Part shown: in pieces, positions 49,453 through 58,690 of the stretch
Numbering within the stretch: position 1 is the first letter of the stretch
How the letters are laid out: each line of letters begins with the position of its first letter
Virus record (IMG/VR): IMGVR_UViG_3300035459_000118
Span: 1 to 64,000 of that record
Direction: 5' to 3' (one strand)
From: a virus
DNA length: 64,000 bases
Made by a program: the position numbers and the translations under genes
Notes under the pieces: model-generated
Told to the model about the DNA's origin: nothing
Databases searched by the model: none
What the model saw: the letters and a program-made list of their open reading frames with translations, nothing else

Positions 49453-50513
49453 GCACCTTAAAGGTCCATACTATTATTCCCGGAAAACTATACCAGAGAG
49501 GGGAATTTGTTAAACTCTCATTGAAAGAGAAGTTGAGCGAACTACAAAGGCTCAGGGTGAATATCATCGTCAACCTCTGGAATATCCCAGACATTCTTTT
49601 GAAGGATGAAATTCCTTATTATTATCACCTTCCAATCCCAGACAGCACCATAAAAGATAGTCAGTTATTGCTACATACCGTAAAAGAAGTTGCGCAGCTA
49701 ATCAAAAATGGTGGAAATGCTATTGTTCATTGTCATGCTGGAAGAAACAGGAGTGGGTTGTTCAATGCTTTGTTGTGTATGAACTTATTGGGGATGTCGG
49801 GTACCGAGGCAATAGAACATGTCAGAAAACGCAGACCAAATGCGCTGGCGAATGAAAACTTCGTGAAGTTTATTCTTGAACAAGGAGAAAATAAGATGCT
49901 CACGCGTAGAATAATCGCCATTGGTGGAGTCCCAGGAACAGGAAAAACCTGTTTGGTCAGAAAATTAATGGAGCCGGAAGATCAATGGGGTTGTTGCGAA
50001 CTTGCAAAACTCTTGGTTGCCGAATATAACAAAACACTCAATTTATACGTTTTGGGGAAATACGAAAAAGGCGAGGTTTTCGCTGGAACCGATCGGCTTT
50101 CCATGGCCGTCCAGCCAGAAGCACAAAAATGGGTTGAATCAAGTTGTTCCAATATCCTTTTCGAAGGAGACCGGCTTTTCAATGGATCTTTTCTGAGCTT
50201 CCTTTTGACCTTGCCGAATACTGAATTGCTCGTGATTTACCTGAAAGCCTCAGAATTTGAACTGAGGAAAAGATATCAACAACGAGGTTCCGACCAATCC
50301 TTACAATTCCTGAAGGGAAGAGAAACAAAATACGCCAAAATCAGACAAGATATGAGGCTCCGAAAATTCAGTTGCGAGTTTGCCCATGAAACCCCAGAAG
50401 ATACAAAAAAGATCATTGCCACTGTTCAAGCCTTTCTTTCCACTGGAACTTTACCCCCTACATTGCAAACCGCTGCCCCCACAGGAATCATGAGCTTCCT
50501 TAAAAAGAGGTAA
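49449..50513 (+). CDS. CX5R (PTP/dual-specificity) phosphatase fused to a P-loop nucleotide kinase of DNA-modification type
   Basis: VHCHAGRNRS; GGVPGTGKT, GTDRLSMAVQP, EGDRL, RGSDQ...GRETK. Confidence 0.8.
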   Translation: MSTLKVHTIIPGKLYQRGEFVKLSLKEKLSELQRLRVNIIVNLWNIPDILLKDEIPYYYHLPIPDSTIKDSQLLLHTVKEVAQLIKNGGNAIVHCHAGRNRSGLFNALLCMNLLGMSGTEAIEHVRKRRPNALANENFVKFILEQGENKMLTRRIIAIGGVPGTGKTCLVRKLMEPEDQWGCCELAKLLVAEYNKTLNLYVLGKYEKGEVFAGTDRLSMAVQPEAQKWVESSCSNILFEGDRLFNGSFLSFLLTLPNTELLVIYLKASEFELRKRYQQRGSDQSLQFLKGRETKYAKIRQDMRLRKFSCEFAHETPEDTKKIIATVQAFLSTGTLPPTLQTAAPTGIMSFLKKR

Positions 50514-50515
50514 CA

Positions 50516-53500
50516 ATGTTTACACACCTGCATGTCCATAATCACTTCAGCTACCTCGATGGCTTCGGTACCGAAGAAGAATACATCAAAAGAGCCAAAG
50601 AACTCGGAATGACACATCTTGCTATCACAAATCACGGGAACGTGGATGGCAATATCAAATTTCAAAAAGCCTGTAAGAAAGCTGGGATCACCCCCATCCA
50701 TGGGTGCGAACTCTATGTTATTCCTGATGAATATCAAAAACCCAAAGGCGAAAAAAGAGGACATATAATCGTCCTTGTTAAAAACGCGAAGGGATGGCAG
50801 AATCTTTGTCAAATGCTCACCATCGCCCACCTTGAGGGCTTCTACTATAGGCCTCGCATCGGATACAAGAATTTTCTGGAACGGTGCGAAGGGTTGGTCG
50901 TTCTGACAGGCTGTTCTTCTTCGTTTTTAGCAAAAGACACCACCGACAAAGCACTTGATTTCGTTTCCGCATTGTATGACAAAATAGGGTCAGATTTATA
51001 TCTGGAAACAATGCCCCACCGTCTGGAAGAACAAGACAAACAAAACGCTCTGTGCCTCGATTTTCAGGGACAAGTAGGAAATATTAAGCTAGTTGCCACC
51101 AACGACTGTCATTATATCCATCCCGATGAAGCCGAATCCCAAGAAGTTCTTTTGGCAATTCAAACCAAAAAGAAATGGTCAGAAACCGACCGTTATCGCT
51201 TTACTATCAGAGGGCTTTACCTCAAGTCAGAAGAAGAAATGCGCCGAGCATTCAAATTACAAGCAATTCTCTCTGATTCCCAAATCGATCAGGCATTTGC
51301 TTCAACGATGGAAATAGCTGAAAAATGCCAATTTCTGATTCCTAAACAGGACATCTCTCTCCCAAAAGTTCCTGGATATGAAAACGAAGACCCAGGGAAA
51401 TTTATATGGGACCTAGCCGAGAAGAAACTCTTAAAAATCAGCGAAAATTGGTCGACTGAAAAGATCAATATATACTTGGACCGGCTTTCAGAAGAATGGA
51501 AGTTGATAAATTCAAAGAACTTCAGTCAATATTTTATGATCATCTGGGAATTAACTTCTTGGTGCCGTAAGAATAAAATACCCGTTGGCCCTGGCCGTGG
51601 CAGCGTAGGAGGGAGCCTTCTGGCTTATCTTTTGGAAATCACTACGTGTCTAGACCCCATTGAGTATCATCTTTTGTTTTCTCGTTTTATCGCAGAAGAC
51701 CGTATTGATTATCCTGATATCGACTTAGACTTTGCCGATATAGAACGTCTTAGAATTCGCGAACATCTTGAAGCCCTTTATGGGAAAGATCACATTTCCT
51801 CCCTTTCCACATTCACAACAATGAAAGGAAGGGGTTGTGTTCGTGATGTTTGCCGGGTATTTGAAGTTCCAATATACGAAGTCGATGCATTGGCAAAATC
51901 TATTTTTGAAGACCCAGAATCAGATGAAAGTGGCGTTGAAAATGTTTTAAAAAACACCGATTTTGGGAAGGTATTTCTTGAAAAGAACCCCAAGGTATGT
52001 CAGCATATTCTAAAGCTGGAAGGTCAATGCCGTGGAGCCGGCCAACATGCAGCGGCAATAATGATTTCCGGAGAAAGCCTCCGCAACGGGACAAGAGGCA
52101 ACCTTGTCATGCGCTCCGAGGAAACCGTCACCAATTGGGATATGGGGGACTCTGAATACGTAGGATTAATGAAACTCGATGTCCTTGGGTTGAATACCCT
52201 TTCCGTATTAGAAGAAGCCAAACGGCTCATTATCAAAAACTCAGCAAAAACAGGGTTTGATTTCGACTCAATCCCATTGAATGATGAAAAAGTTTACCAG
52301 AGTCTTTATGAAGGAAACACCAATGGAGTTTTTCAGTTTTCAGCTTGGGCGACTACCAATCTTGCCAAACAACTTAAAGCAACCAATATTTTTGAACTCG
52401 CCGACATCATCGCCCTAGTAAGGCCAGGTCCAGCAGACAGCGGACAAACCGACTTGTATATTAAACGAAAGAACGAAGGGTTGGAATGGCAACCAAAGCA
52501 TCAAATTTATGAAGAAATAACTAGGAATACTTTTGGCATCATCGTGTATCAAGAACAAGTAATGGAAGTTATTCATAAGGTCGCTGGATTACCTTATGCT
52601 ACTGCTGATAAGATTCGCAAGATCATTGGTAAAAAAAGAGATGTTAAAGAATTCCAGCCTTATAAGGATGCCTTTATACAAGGTTGCGCAAAGATGAAAA
52701 CCCTCTCCCATAAAGAGGCTGAAGAATTCTGGGAGATGCTTGAAAAACACGCACACTATAGTTTTAACAAATCCCATTCTATCGCCTATGCCCTTATCGG
52801 TTATTGGACTTCTTGGATAAAGGTCCATTTCCCCGTTGAATTCATCTGCGCTTCTCTTACTTACGGTTCAGAAAGCAAGAAAGAAGATCTCCTACAAGAA
52901 GCCTTCGATATGGGGTTGAAAATCATTACCCCCAAAATTGGTATTTCTGATGCAACAGTATGGGTAGCAAAAGACGACTCCCTCTATATCCCATTCAATG
53001 AAATAAAAGGGGTCGGAGATACGACCGCCAAGAAACTGAGTGAGGTTAAAGAAGCCGCAATTCCTATACGCAAGGGCTTCTTTTGGCCAACCAAGCAAAT
53101 TAAAGCTCCTCAAAAATCGGTTAATAAAAAAGTAGACTCATTGCTTGCTCAAATTGCCGAGGCTGAAAATACTTCTAAAGATTTATCGGAATTCTTCTCT
53201 TTCAAAATCCCTTCTGATCGGCAAAAAAATTACGATATTCTGAAAAGAACTATACCTCAATTTGACGGGAACAAAAGATGGTTGAACCTCGATGTCCCTG
53301 AAATTAAAAGCAACCAACCATTAATTTATGAAAAATCTTTTGTCCCAAAACGATCGCTCGGAAGATGTAACGATTGCGAACTGCACAAGGAATGCGACGG
53401 TCCAGTCCCATCTTCGCCAGGAATATTCAATGTCGGAATAATAGGAGAGGCTCCAGGATTTGATGAAAATCAACAAAAGAAAGGTTTTGTTGGTAAGTCT

Positions 53501-53890
53501 GGGAAGATGCTTTGGGATGAACTGATAAAATATGATCTTCGGAGAGAAGACTTCCATGTCGGTAATGCTGCTAAATGTTATCCCGGGATCAACAAAACTC
53601 CATCTGCCGAACAACTGAAAATTTGTTCAGAAAAATGGTTGTTCCCCGAACTAAAAGAAATTGACTGTAAATTGATACTGGCTTTTGGCAATTGTTGCCT
53701 CCAGGCATTTATGGGGAAGAAATCGGGGATAACTCAGATAAGCGGAACCACGGAATGGTGCGAGAAAGCTGGAGCCTGGATATGCTTTTGTGTTCACCCC
53801 GCATTTGTTTTAAGAAGCCCAGAAAATAAAAACCTCTTTAAGTCTGGAATTAAAAACTTCGTCGATAAAATTCGTCTATTAGAAGGGTAA
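50516..53890 (+). CDS. dnaE: DNA polymerase III alpha (family C) with C-terminal family-4 uracil-DNA glycosylase domain
   Basis: HLHVH PHP, GPGRGS, PDIDLD, KLDVLGL, YSFNKSH; C-terminal CNDC...GEAPG...KC.P...HPA. Confidence 0.93.
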   Translation: MFTHLHVHNHFSYLDGFGTEEEYIKRAKELGMTHLAITNHGNVDGNIKFQKACKKAGITPIHGCELYVIPDEYQKPKGEKRGHIIVLVKNAKGWQNLCQMLTIAHLEGFYYRPRIGYKNFLERCEGLVVLTGCSSSFLAKDTTDKALDFVSALYDKIGSDLYLETMPHRLEEQDKQNALCLDFQGQVGNIKLVATNDCHYIHPDEAESQEVLLAIQTKKKWSETDRYRFTIRGLYLKSEEEMRRAFKLQAILSDSQIDQAFASTMEIAEKCQFLIPKQDISLPKVPGYENEDPGKFIWDLAEKKLLKISENWSTEKINIYLDRLSEEWKLINSKNFSQYFMIIWELTSWCRKNKIPVGPGRGSVGGSLLAYLLEITTCLDPIEYHLLFSRFIAEDRIDYPDIDLDFADIERLRIREHLEALYGKDHISSLSTFTTMKGRGCVRDVCRVFEVPIYEVDALAKSIFEDPESDESGVENVLKNTDFGKVFLEKNPKVCQHILKLEGQCRGAGQHAAAIMISGESLRNGTRGNLVMRSEETVTNWDMGDSEYVGLMKLDVLGLNTLSVLEEAKRLIIKNSAKTGFDFDSIPLNDEKVYQSLYEGNTNGVFQFSAWATTNLAKQLKATNIFELADIIALVRPGPADSGQTDLYIKRKNEGLEWQPKHQIYEEITRNTFGIIVYQEQVMEVIHKVAGLPYATADKIRKIIGKKRDVKEFQPYKDAFIQGCAKMKTLSHKEAEEFWEMLEKHAHYSFNKSHSIAYALIGYWTSWIKVHFPVEFICASLTYGSESKKEDLLQEAFDMGLKIITPKIGISDATVWVAKDDSLYIPFNEIKGVGDTTAKKLSEVKEAAIPIRKGFFWPTKQIKAPQKSVNKKVDSLLAQIAEAENTSKDLSEFFSFKIPSDRQKNYDILKRTIPQFDGNKRWLNLDVPEIKSNQPLIYEKSFVPKRSLGRCNDCELHKECDGPVPSSPGIFNVGIIGEAPGFDENQQKKGFVGKSGKMLWDELIKYDLRREDFHVGNAAKCYPGINKTPSAEQLKICSEKWLFPELKEIDCKLILAFGNCCLQAFMGKKSGITQISGTTEWCEKAGAWICFCVHPAFVLRSPENKNLFKSGIKNFVDKIRLLEG

Positions 53891-53898
53891 CTTATTAT

Positions 53899-54711
53899 AT
53901 GATAATTTATAAAATTGAAAATAAAATTAATGGTAAAATTTACATTGGAAAAACAACAAAATTATTAAATCAAAGAATTGCTGGTCATATAAAACAAAAT
54001 CACTCTCGTATTCAAAAAGCCTTAAGAAAATACGGGATTGAATCTTTTATAATTTCTACTATTGATTCCGCAACTTCGCAAGAATCCCTCAATGAAAAAG
54101 AAAAGTATTGGATTAAAACTTTGAATTGTCAACACCCTAATGGATATAATTTTACTATCGGTGGAGATGGGGGACCAACATGGACAGGAGGAAGACACAC
54201 CCAAGAAACAATAAAGAAAATGAAAGAAAGAAAATTTTCAGAAGAACATAAACAAAAATTAAAAGGTCCTAAATCAGAAGAACATAAACAAAAAATTTCA
54301 AAAGCTCTTTCCGGAGAAAGAAATCCTAATTATGGGAAGCCTCTTTCTGAAGAAACAAAATTAAAAAAGAGATTAGCGATGTTAGGGAGAAAAGATTCAG
54401 AAGAAACAAAACTAAAAAAGAAAAATGCAGCGACAGGGAAACATCCTTCTGATGAAACGAGGATTAAACAAAGGGAATCGCATTTAGGGCAAATTTGGAG
54501 CGATGAAGCAAGAGAAAAAAGTCGAAAAGCCCATTTAAATAAATCACATATTTGTAGCGACGAGACAAAAGAAAAAATACGTAAGTCTCGCTTAAACATA
54601 AAGCATTCCAAAGAATCAAAAGAAAAAATGAGTAAAATCAAGAAAGGGAAACCATGGAATCAAGCGAGAAGAGATGCATATAATAAAAAATATCAAAAAC
54701 TTCGTCAATAA
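53899..54711 (+). CDS. GIY-YIG homing endonuclease with NUMOD3 repeats
   Basis: IIYKIENKINGKIYIGKT; SEETK repeats; similar to the 28181 gene. Confidence 0.9.
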   Translation: MIIYKIENKINGKIYIGKTTKLLNQRIAGHIKQNHSRIQKALRKYGIESFIISTIDSATSQESLNEKEKYWIKTLNCQHPNGYNFTIGGDGGPTWTGGRHTQETIKKMKERKFSEEHKQKLKGPKSEEHKQKISKALSGERNPNYGKPLSEETKLKKRLAMLGRKDSEETKLKKKNAATGKHPSDETRIKQRESHLGQIWSDEAREKSRKAHLNKSHICSDETKEKIRKSRLNIKHSKESKEKMSKIKKGKPWNQARRDAYNKKYQKLRQ

Positions 54712-54740
54712 AATTTATCTGCTGCAAGGGAATTAAAATT

Positions 54741-54759
54741 CATTAAAAAACGGTATAAT
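54741..54759 (+). promoter_or_regulatory. Class B promoter-like motif
   Basis: cattaaaaaacggtataat. Confidence 0.65.
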
Positions 54760-54782
54760 AAAAATACGGAGGAGAATATAAA

Positions 54783-55118
54783 ATGGCTTCAAGATTCAAT
54801 ATGTCCAAAGCTCCCGAAAAAGCGGAAGAACCCAAACCGATCCTTATTCCTGTGAAGTCCTCGACGCTTGATGCTATTGGGTATGATCGGGAAAAGGAAG
54901 AATTGACCATCGCATTCAAAGGTGGGTCCCAGTACCTTTATACGAAGGTTCCCGCCAAGACATTCGATACCCTTATGACTCCGCCCGAAGGCTCCTCGCA
55001 TGGGAAGTTCTTCCACTCTAACATCAAAGGGAAATTTGATTTCGTAAAAATCAAGCAGGGCATCAAGAAGGAGAAGAAGGCAGGAGCAATAAATGATAAC
55101 AATAACAACTCCATATAA
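54783..55118 (+). CDS. KTSC domain protein
   Basis: VKSSTLDAIGYD...L.I.F..G..Y.Y..VP...S.GKFF..NIKG. Confidence 0.9.
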   Translation: MASRFNMSKAPEKAEEPKPILIPVKSSTLDAIGYDREKEELTIAFKGGSQYLYTKVPAKTFDTLMTPPEGSSHGKFFHSNIKGKFDFVKIKQGIKKEKKAGAINDNNNNSI

Positions 55119-55309
55119 GGAAAAAAGACTCGGAGTTGGGGAATGTGTTACTCTAACATATGAACATGCAAAAGCACTAGAGTCTTTGTTAGCACGTACA
55201 AATTTTGGATATGGCGATCAAATTAAAATCATTAATAGTAAAGTTTTTGTTTTAAATGAACAAGAAGAAGAAACAGATCAAGAAGAAATAGAAATATAGG
55301 ACTGTAATA

Positions 55310-55849
55310 ATGTCATTTGAAACTCCCGACCTCAATTATGCCGAAGACATCAAGGTAGACCCATACAACCTTGACCTTGAATGGGCTCAGTTGCCAGGTT
55401 TGCATTCCAAGTGGGCAACCAGGCTTATTGAGGTTGAGAATCAGCGCGACCGGCTCAGGGAACAGATCGAGCTGAAATATGCCGAATTGGATCTGGAAAT
55501 CCGATCCAACCTCGCGCAATACAAACTGGGAGAAGGCTCTCCGGAACGTGCGATTAAATCCACCATCGTAAAGAATGAACAATATAAAACCCTCCAGCAG
55601 CAATACCTGAACGCGAAGTATGCGGCGAAAGTCTTGAGGATCGCCGTTAAGGGAATAAAAGATAAAGAGAAAACCATCGATCGTTTGACCAAGCTCTATC
55701 ATGATCAGTATTACATGAAGCCGTACAAAGGCAAAGAGGAGGGTGAGTTGTCAGAAAGAAAGCCGGAAGATGAGGCAACCGAAAACACGGCAGGGGCAAC
55801 GGCAGCCCTTAATGCCCATATGAACGTAAAAAGGTTTTTCAGGAGATAA
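55310..55849 (+). CDS. UvsY-like recombination mediator
   Basis: DIKVD..NLD.EW..LP, coiled coil; near SSB and RecA. Confidence 0.6.
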   Translation: MSFETPDLNYAEDIKVDPYNLDLEWAQLPGLHSKWATRLIEVENQRDRLREQIELKYAELDLEIRSNLAQYKLGEGSPERAIKSTIVKNEQYKTLQQQYLNAKYAAKVLRIAVKGIKDKEKTIDRLTKLYHDQYYMKPYKGKEEGELSERKPEDEATENTAGATAALNAHMNVKRFFRR

Positions 55850-56003
55850 TAATGGACCTTCTAAAGTGGGTCGGAGTAACAATTTTGGCAATAATAGGCG
55901 TCTGGATCTTCGGGAGACTTTTCTGGGGATCTTTGTTCGTCAGTTTTTTTAAGGCAAAAGAAAGATATACAAACAAAAAGGAAGAATAGAAAGGAGAAAA
56001 GAA

Positions 56004-56372
56004 ATGAATCAGCAGCAACGAAGTTATGCATTGAATCGAATAAACGAGATTCAAAAAGAGAAGGTGGCCGCGATTAAAGCCCGATTCACCATGCCGGCGA
56101 AGAAATTGGAAGGGGAGGAATTTGTCTCTCTTATCCGGGCCGGAAAAGTGAAGCTAAGGGCCGACGCCCAGTATTATCATGATCTCAACAAGGCATTTGA
56201 TTTCTCGAAATATGAACACGCGGAGCGGTACGACTCGACCAAGGGAGATCCCATCATCTTCAAGGTAGAAAAAGAGGCAGGCAAAGCAAAAGATATCGTC
56301 ATGTTTACCAACGAGGAACCGCGATGTGAGGCGGCAATCGCTAATTTCATCGCACAAATCGATAAGTTATAA
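56004..56372 (+). CDS. Hypothetical protein
   Basis: RBS and ORF. Confidence 0.55.
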   Translation: MNQQQRSYALNRINEIQKEKVAAIKARFTMPAKKLEGEEFVSLIRAGKVKLRADAQYYHDLNKAFDFSKYEHAERYDSTKGDPIIFKVEKEAGKAKDIVMFTNEEPRCEAAIANFIAQIDKL

Positions 56373-56397
56373 TTAAATCAAAGTGAAAGGAGAAAGT

Positions 56398-57558
56398 ATG
56401 GGAGTTGATCGTGAAAAGATGAAGCAAGACCTGCTCAACAGGACTAAGGAGTCCTATGACAGGAAGGATGGGGAGGCGGGTCAAAACCACTTCGATCCGG
56501 AACTGGAGATCCCGTTCTGGAAACCGGGAACAACCCAGGGAAAGCCTCATATCATTGACACCATACCGTTCCTGGCGGGACCAAATTTTCCCACCAACGT
56601 CCCCAGACCGGTGCGGGAAGGAGACTTTGCCTACGTATTGGACTTATGGGTTCACAAAGCTGTCGGTCCCGGAAAGGCTACTGTCGTTTGCCCGGCACGA
56701 AACTACGGCAAAAGATGCCCAGTCTGCGAAGACGTCGAGAACCTCATGACAACAACAGGTCAGGAATACCTCGACATTCCCCATCACGCAAAGCGTCAGT
56801 GCACCTACAACGTCCTCGTGATGGATGATGCAGTTACTGAGGCCAAAGGTGTTCAGGTCTGGGATGTCAGCCACAAGTATTCCGAAAAGGCCATTGCCTC
56901 CCTAGCGATTTCGGCAAGAGGAGGGGGGTACATTGCCTTCTCCTCCCCGGAAAAGGGCATCGGCAAATCCATTGCCTTTGATGTCGCCAAGGATAAGTAC
57001 AAGACGATCAGTGGGCATCGGTTCGAGGAAAGAAATTACGATATCCCCCAGGAAATACTAGACCAAGCAATTCCCCTTGATACCATCATCAAAATCTACA
57101 CGGCGGAAGAGCTGATCGAGATCCTCTATCCGGATGGAGTTAAGCCTGAGGCGGCAGGCACTGGGAATCCTCCCGTTGAGACTGCCGGCACCGGCGGACT
57201 GCGATCATTGAGAAATCAAGGCGGAGCTCCTGATGCTGGAACGGTAGCCGGTCCAGGTCCCGTCCGTACCTTGAAAGGAACTGCAGGATTAACTCCGAAG
57301 ACGGATACCTGCCCCATCGGCGGAAACTATGCCGACGACCATGATAAGTATGAGGAATGCAAGGCCTGCGAAAAGTTCAAGGCATGTGCCGAAGCCCTCG
57401 ATCTCAAGGATGCCGCTCGATCTCAGAATAAAACGGCCGAGACCACACAGACAACTACGACACAGGCAGCAGCGACCGGAGCTGCCGCAACTACCGCTGG
57501 AGCAGGGACAGTTGCCCCTCCTAGGAGAACGCTACTCCGTCGTCCTCCCGCAGTATAG
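56398..57558 (+). CDS. Single-stranded DNA-binding protein (gp32-like)
   Basis: WVH...VCP....GKRCPVCE Zn motif, YNV, GVQVW. Confidence 0.75.
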   Translation: MGVDREKMKQDLLNRTKESYDRKDGEAGQNHFDPELEIPFWKPGTTQGKPHIIDTIPFLAGPNFPTNVPRPVREGDFAYVLDLWVHKAVGPGKATVVCPARNYGKRCPVCEDVENLMTTTGQEYLDIPHHAKRQCTYNVLVMDDAVTEAKGVQVWDVSHKYSEKAIASLAISARGGGYIAFSSPEKGIGKSIAFDVAKDKYKTISGHRFEERNYDIPQEILDQAIPLDTIIKIYTAEELIEILYPDGVKPEAAGTGNPPVETAGTGGLRSLRNQGGAPDAGTVAGPGPVRTLKGTAGLTPKTDTCPIGGNYADDHDKYEECKACEKFKACAEALDLKDAARSQNKTAETTQTTTTQAAATGAAATTAGAGTVAPPRRTLLRRPPAV

Positions 57559-57629
57559 TTCGGAAAAGAAAGCACATGGACCGGGAAATTGTCCCCGGTC
57601 CTCCGCAATCATAAAAAGAGGAATCTTAC

Positions 57630-58679
57630 ATGCCATTTAATGTCCCGAAGAAAAAGCAGGATACAAAAGAATTAATTTCTGACATCAAAGATACTATCGA
57701 AAACGGGGAACTTACCCCCATTGAACAAAAGCCAATCGAATGGGATAAGGTCCCAATCATAAGCACCGGATCAACTCTTCTTGACCTTACAATAAGCGGA
57801 GGAAAAACCTACGAAGGTGGCATTCCTGCTAGCATTTTCTGCGAAGTTCATGGTCCTCCAGGTTCCGGAAAAACAGCCATTCTTTCTACTGTTGGAGCCA
57901 ATGCTCAGCTCATGGGAGGGGACATGAGGCTTCAGGACCCTGAATCCAGAACTGATCAGGAATATGCCAGAATATATGAAATCGCATTGGACAAAACCAA
58001 TTATTCGCGACCAGCAAGAGTCGAAGATATATTTGAAGTTATCAAAACATGGGATACCCCAAAAAAACCAAAAGTCCTATTGACCGATTCCCTTGCTGCC
58101 TTAACCACTCAGATGGAACAAGACGATAAGGATGGAATGAGTCAACAAAGAGCCAAGCAATTTCATAAAGGATTCAGAACAAATGCAAGGATTATTGCCG
58201 AAATGCTTTGGCTTTGCTCAAACCAGGAAATTGATGGCCCCAAAGGAATGAATACTCCAGGAGGGAATGCTATCAAGTTCTATGCTTCACTTCGTATTCG
58301 TCTCCACCAAGTTGAAAAAATCGAAGTTAAAAAAGAGAACAAATATGGGGTTAAAGTAACCGACATTATTGGTATCGAAAGTGAGTGCTTTGTTACCAAA
58401 AGCACAGTTGACGATCCCTACCGTTCATGTCCTATCTGCATCGTCTTCGGCCTCGGGCTTGACGACGTCCGTGCAAATTTGCAATATTTGAAGGATATGC
58501 AAAAGCTTACTGGATACCCCACTCCTGATGGAAAGAAGTATATGGGAATGGATCAGGCAATTCTTCATATTGAAGAAAATGGGATGCAAAAGGCATTGAG
58601 AGATCAAACCATAATCATGTGGCATGAAATTCAGGAATTGTTCAAATTTAACCGAAGCCGAAAAAAGATTCACTATTAA
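57630..58679 (+). CDS. recA: RecA/UvsX recombinase
   Basis: ISTGSTLLD, GPPGSGKT, DSLAAL, PGGNAIKFYASLRI. Confidence 0.95.
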   Translation: MPFNVPKKKQDTKELISDIKDTIENGELTPIEQKPIEWDKVPIISTGSTLLDLTISGGKTYEGGIPASIFCEVHGPPGSGKTAILSTVGANAQLMGGDMRLQDPESRTDQEYARIYEIALDKTNYSRPARVEDIFEVIKTWDTPKKPKVLLTDSLAALTTQMEQDDKDGMSQQRAKQFHKGFRTNARIIAEMLWLCSNQEIDGPKGMNTPGGNAIKFYASLRIRLHQVEKIEVKKENKYGVKVTDIIGIESECFVTKSTVDDPYRSCPICIVFGLGLDDVRANLQYLKDMQKLTGYPTPDGKKYMGMDQAILHIEENGMQKALRDQTIIMWHEIQELFKFNRSRKKIHY

Positions 58680-58690
58680 AGGAGGAAAAT

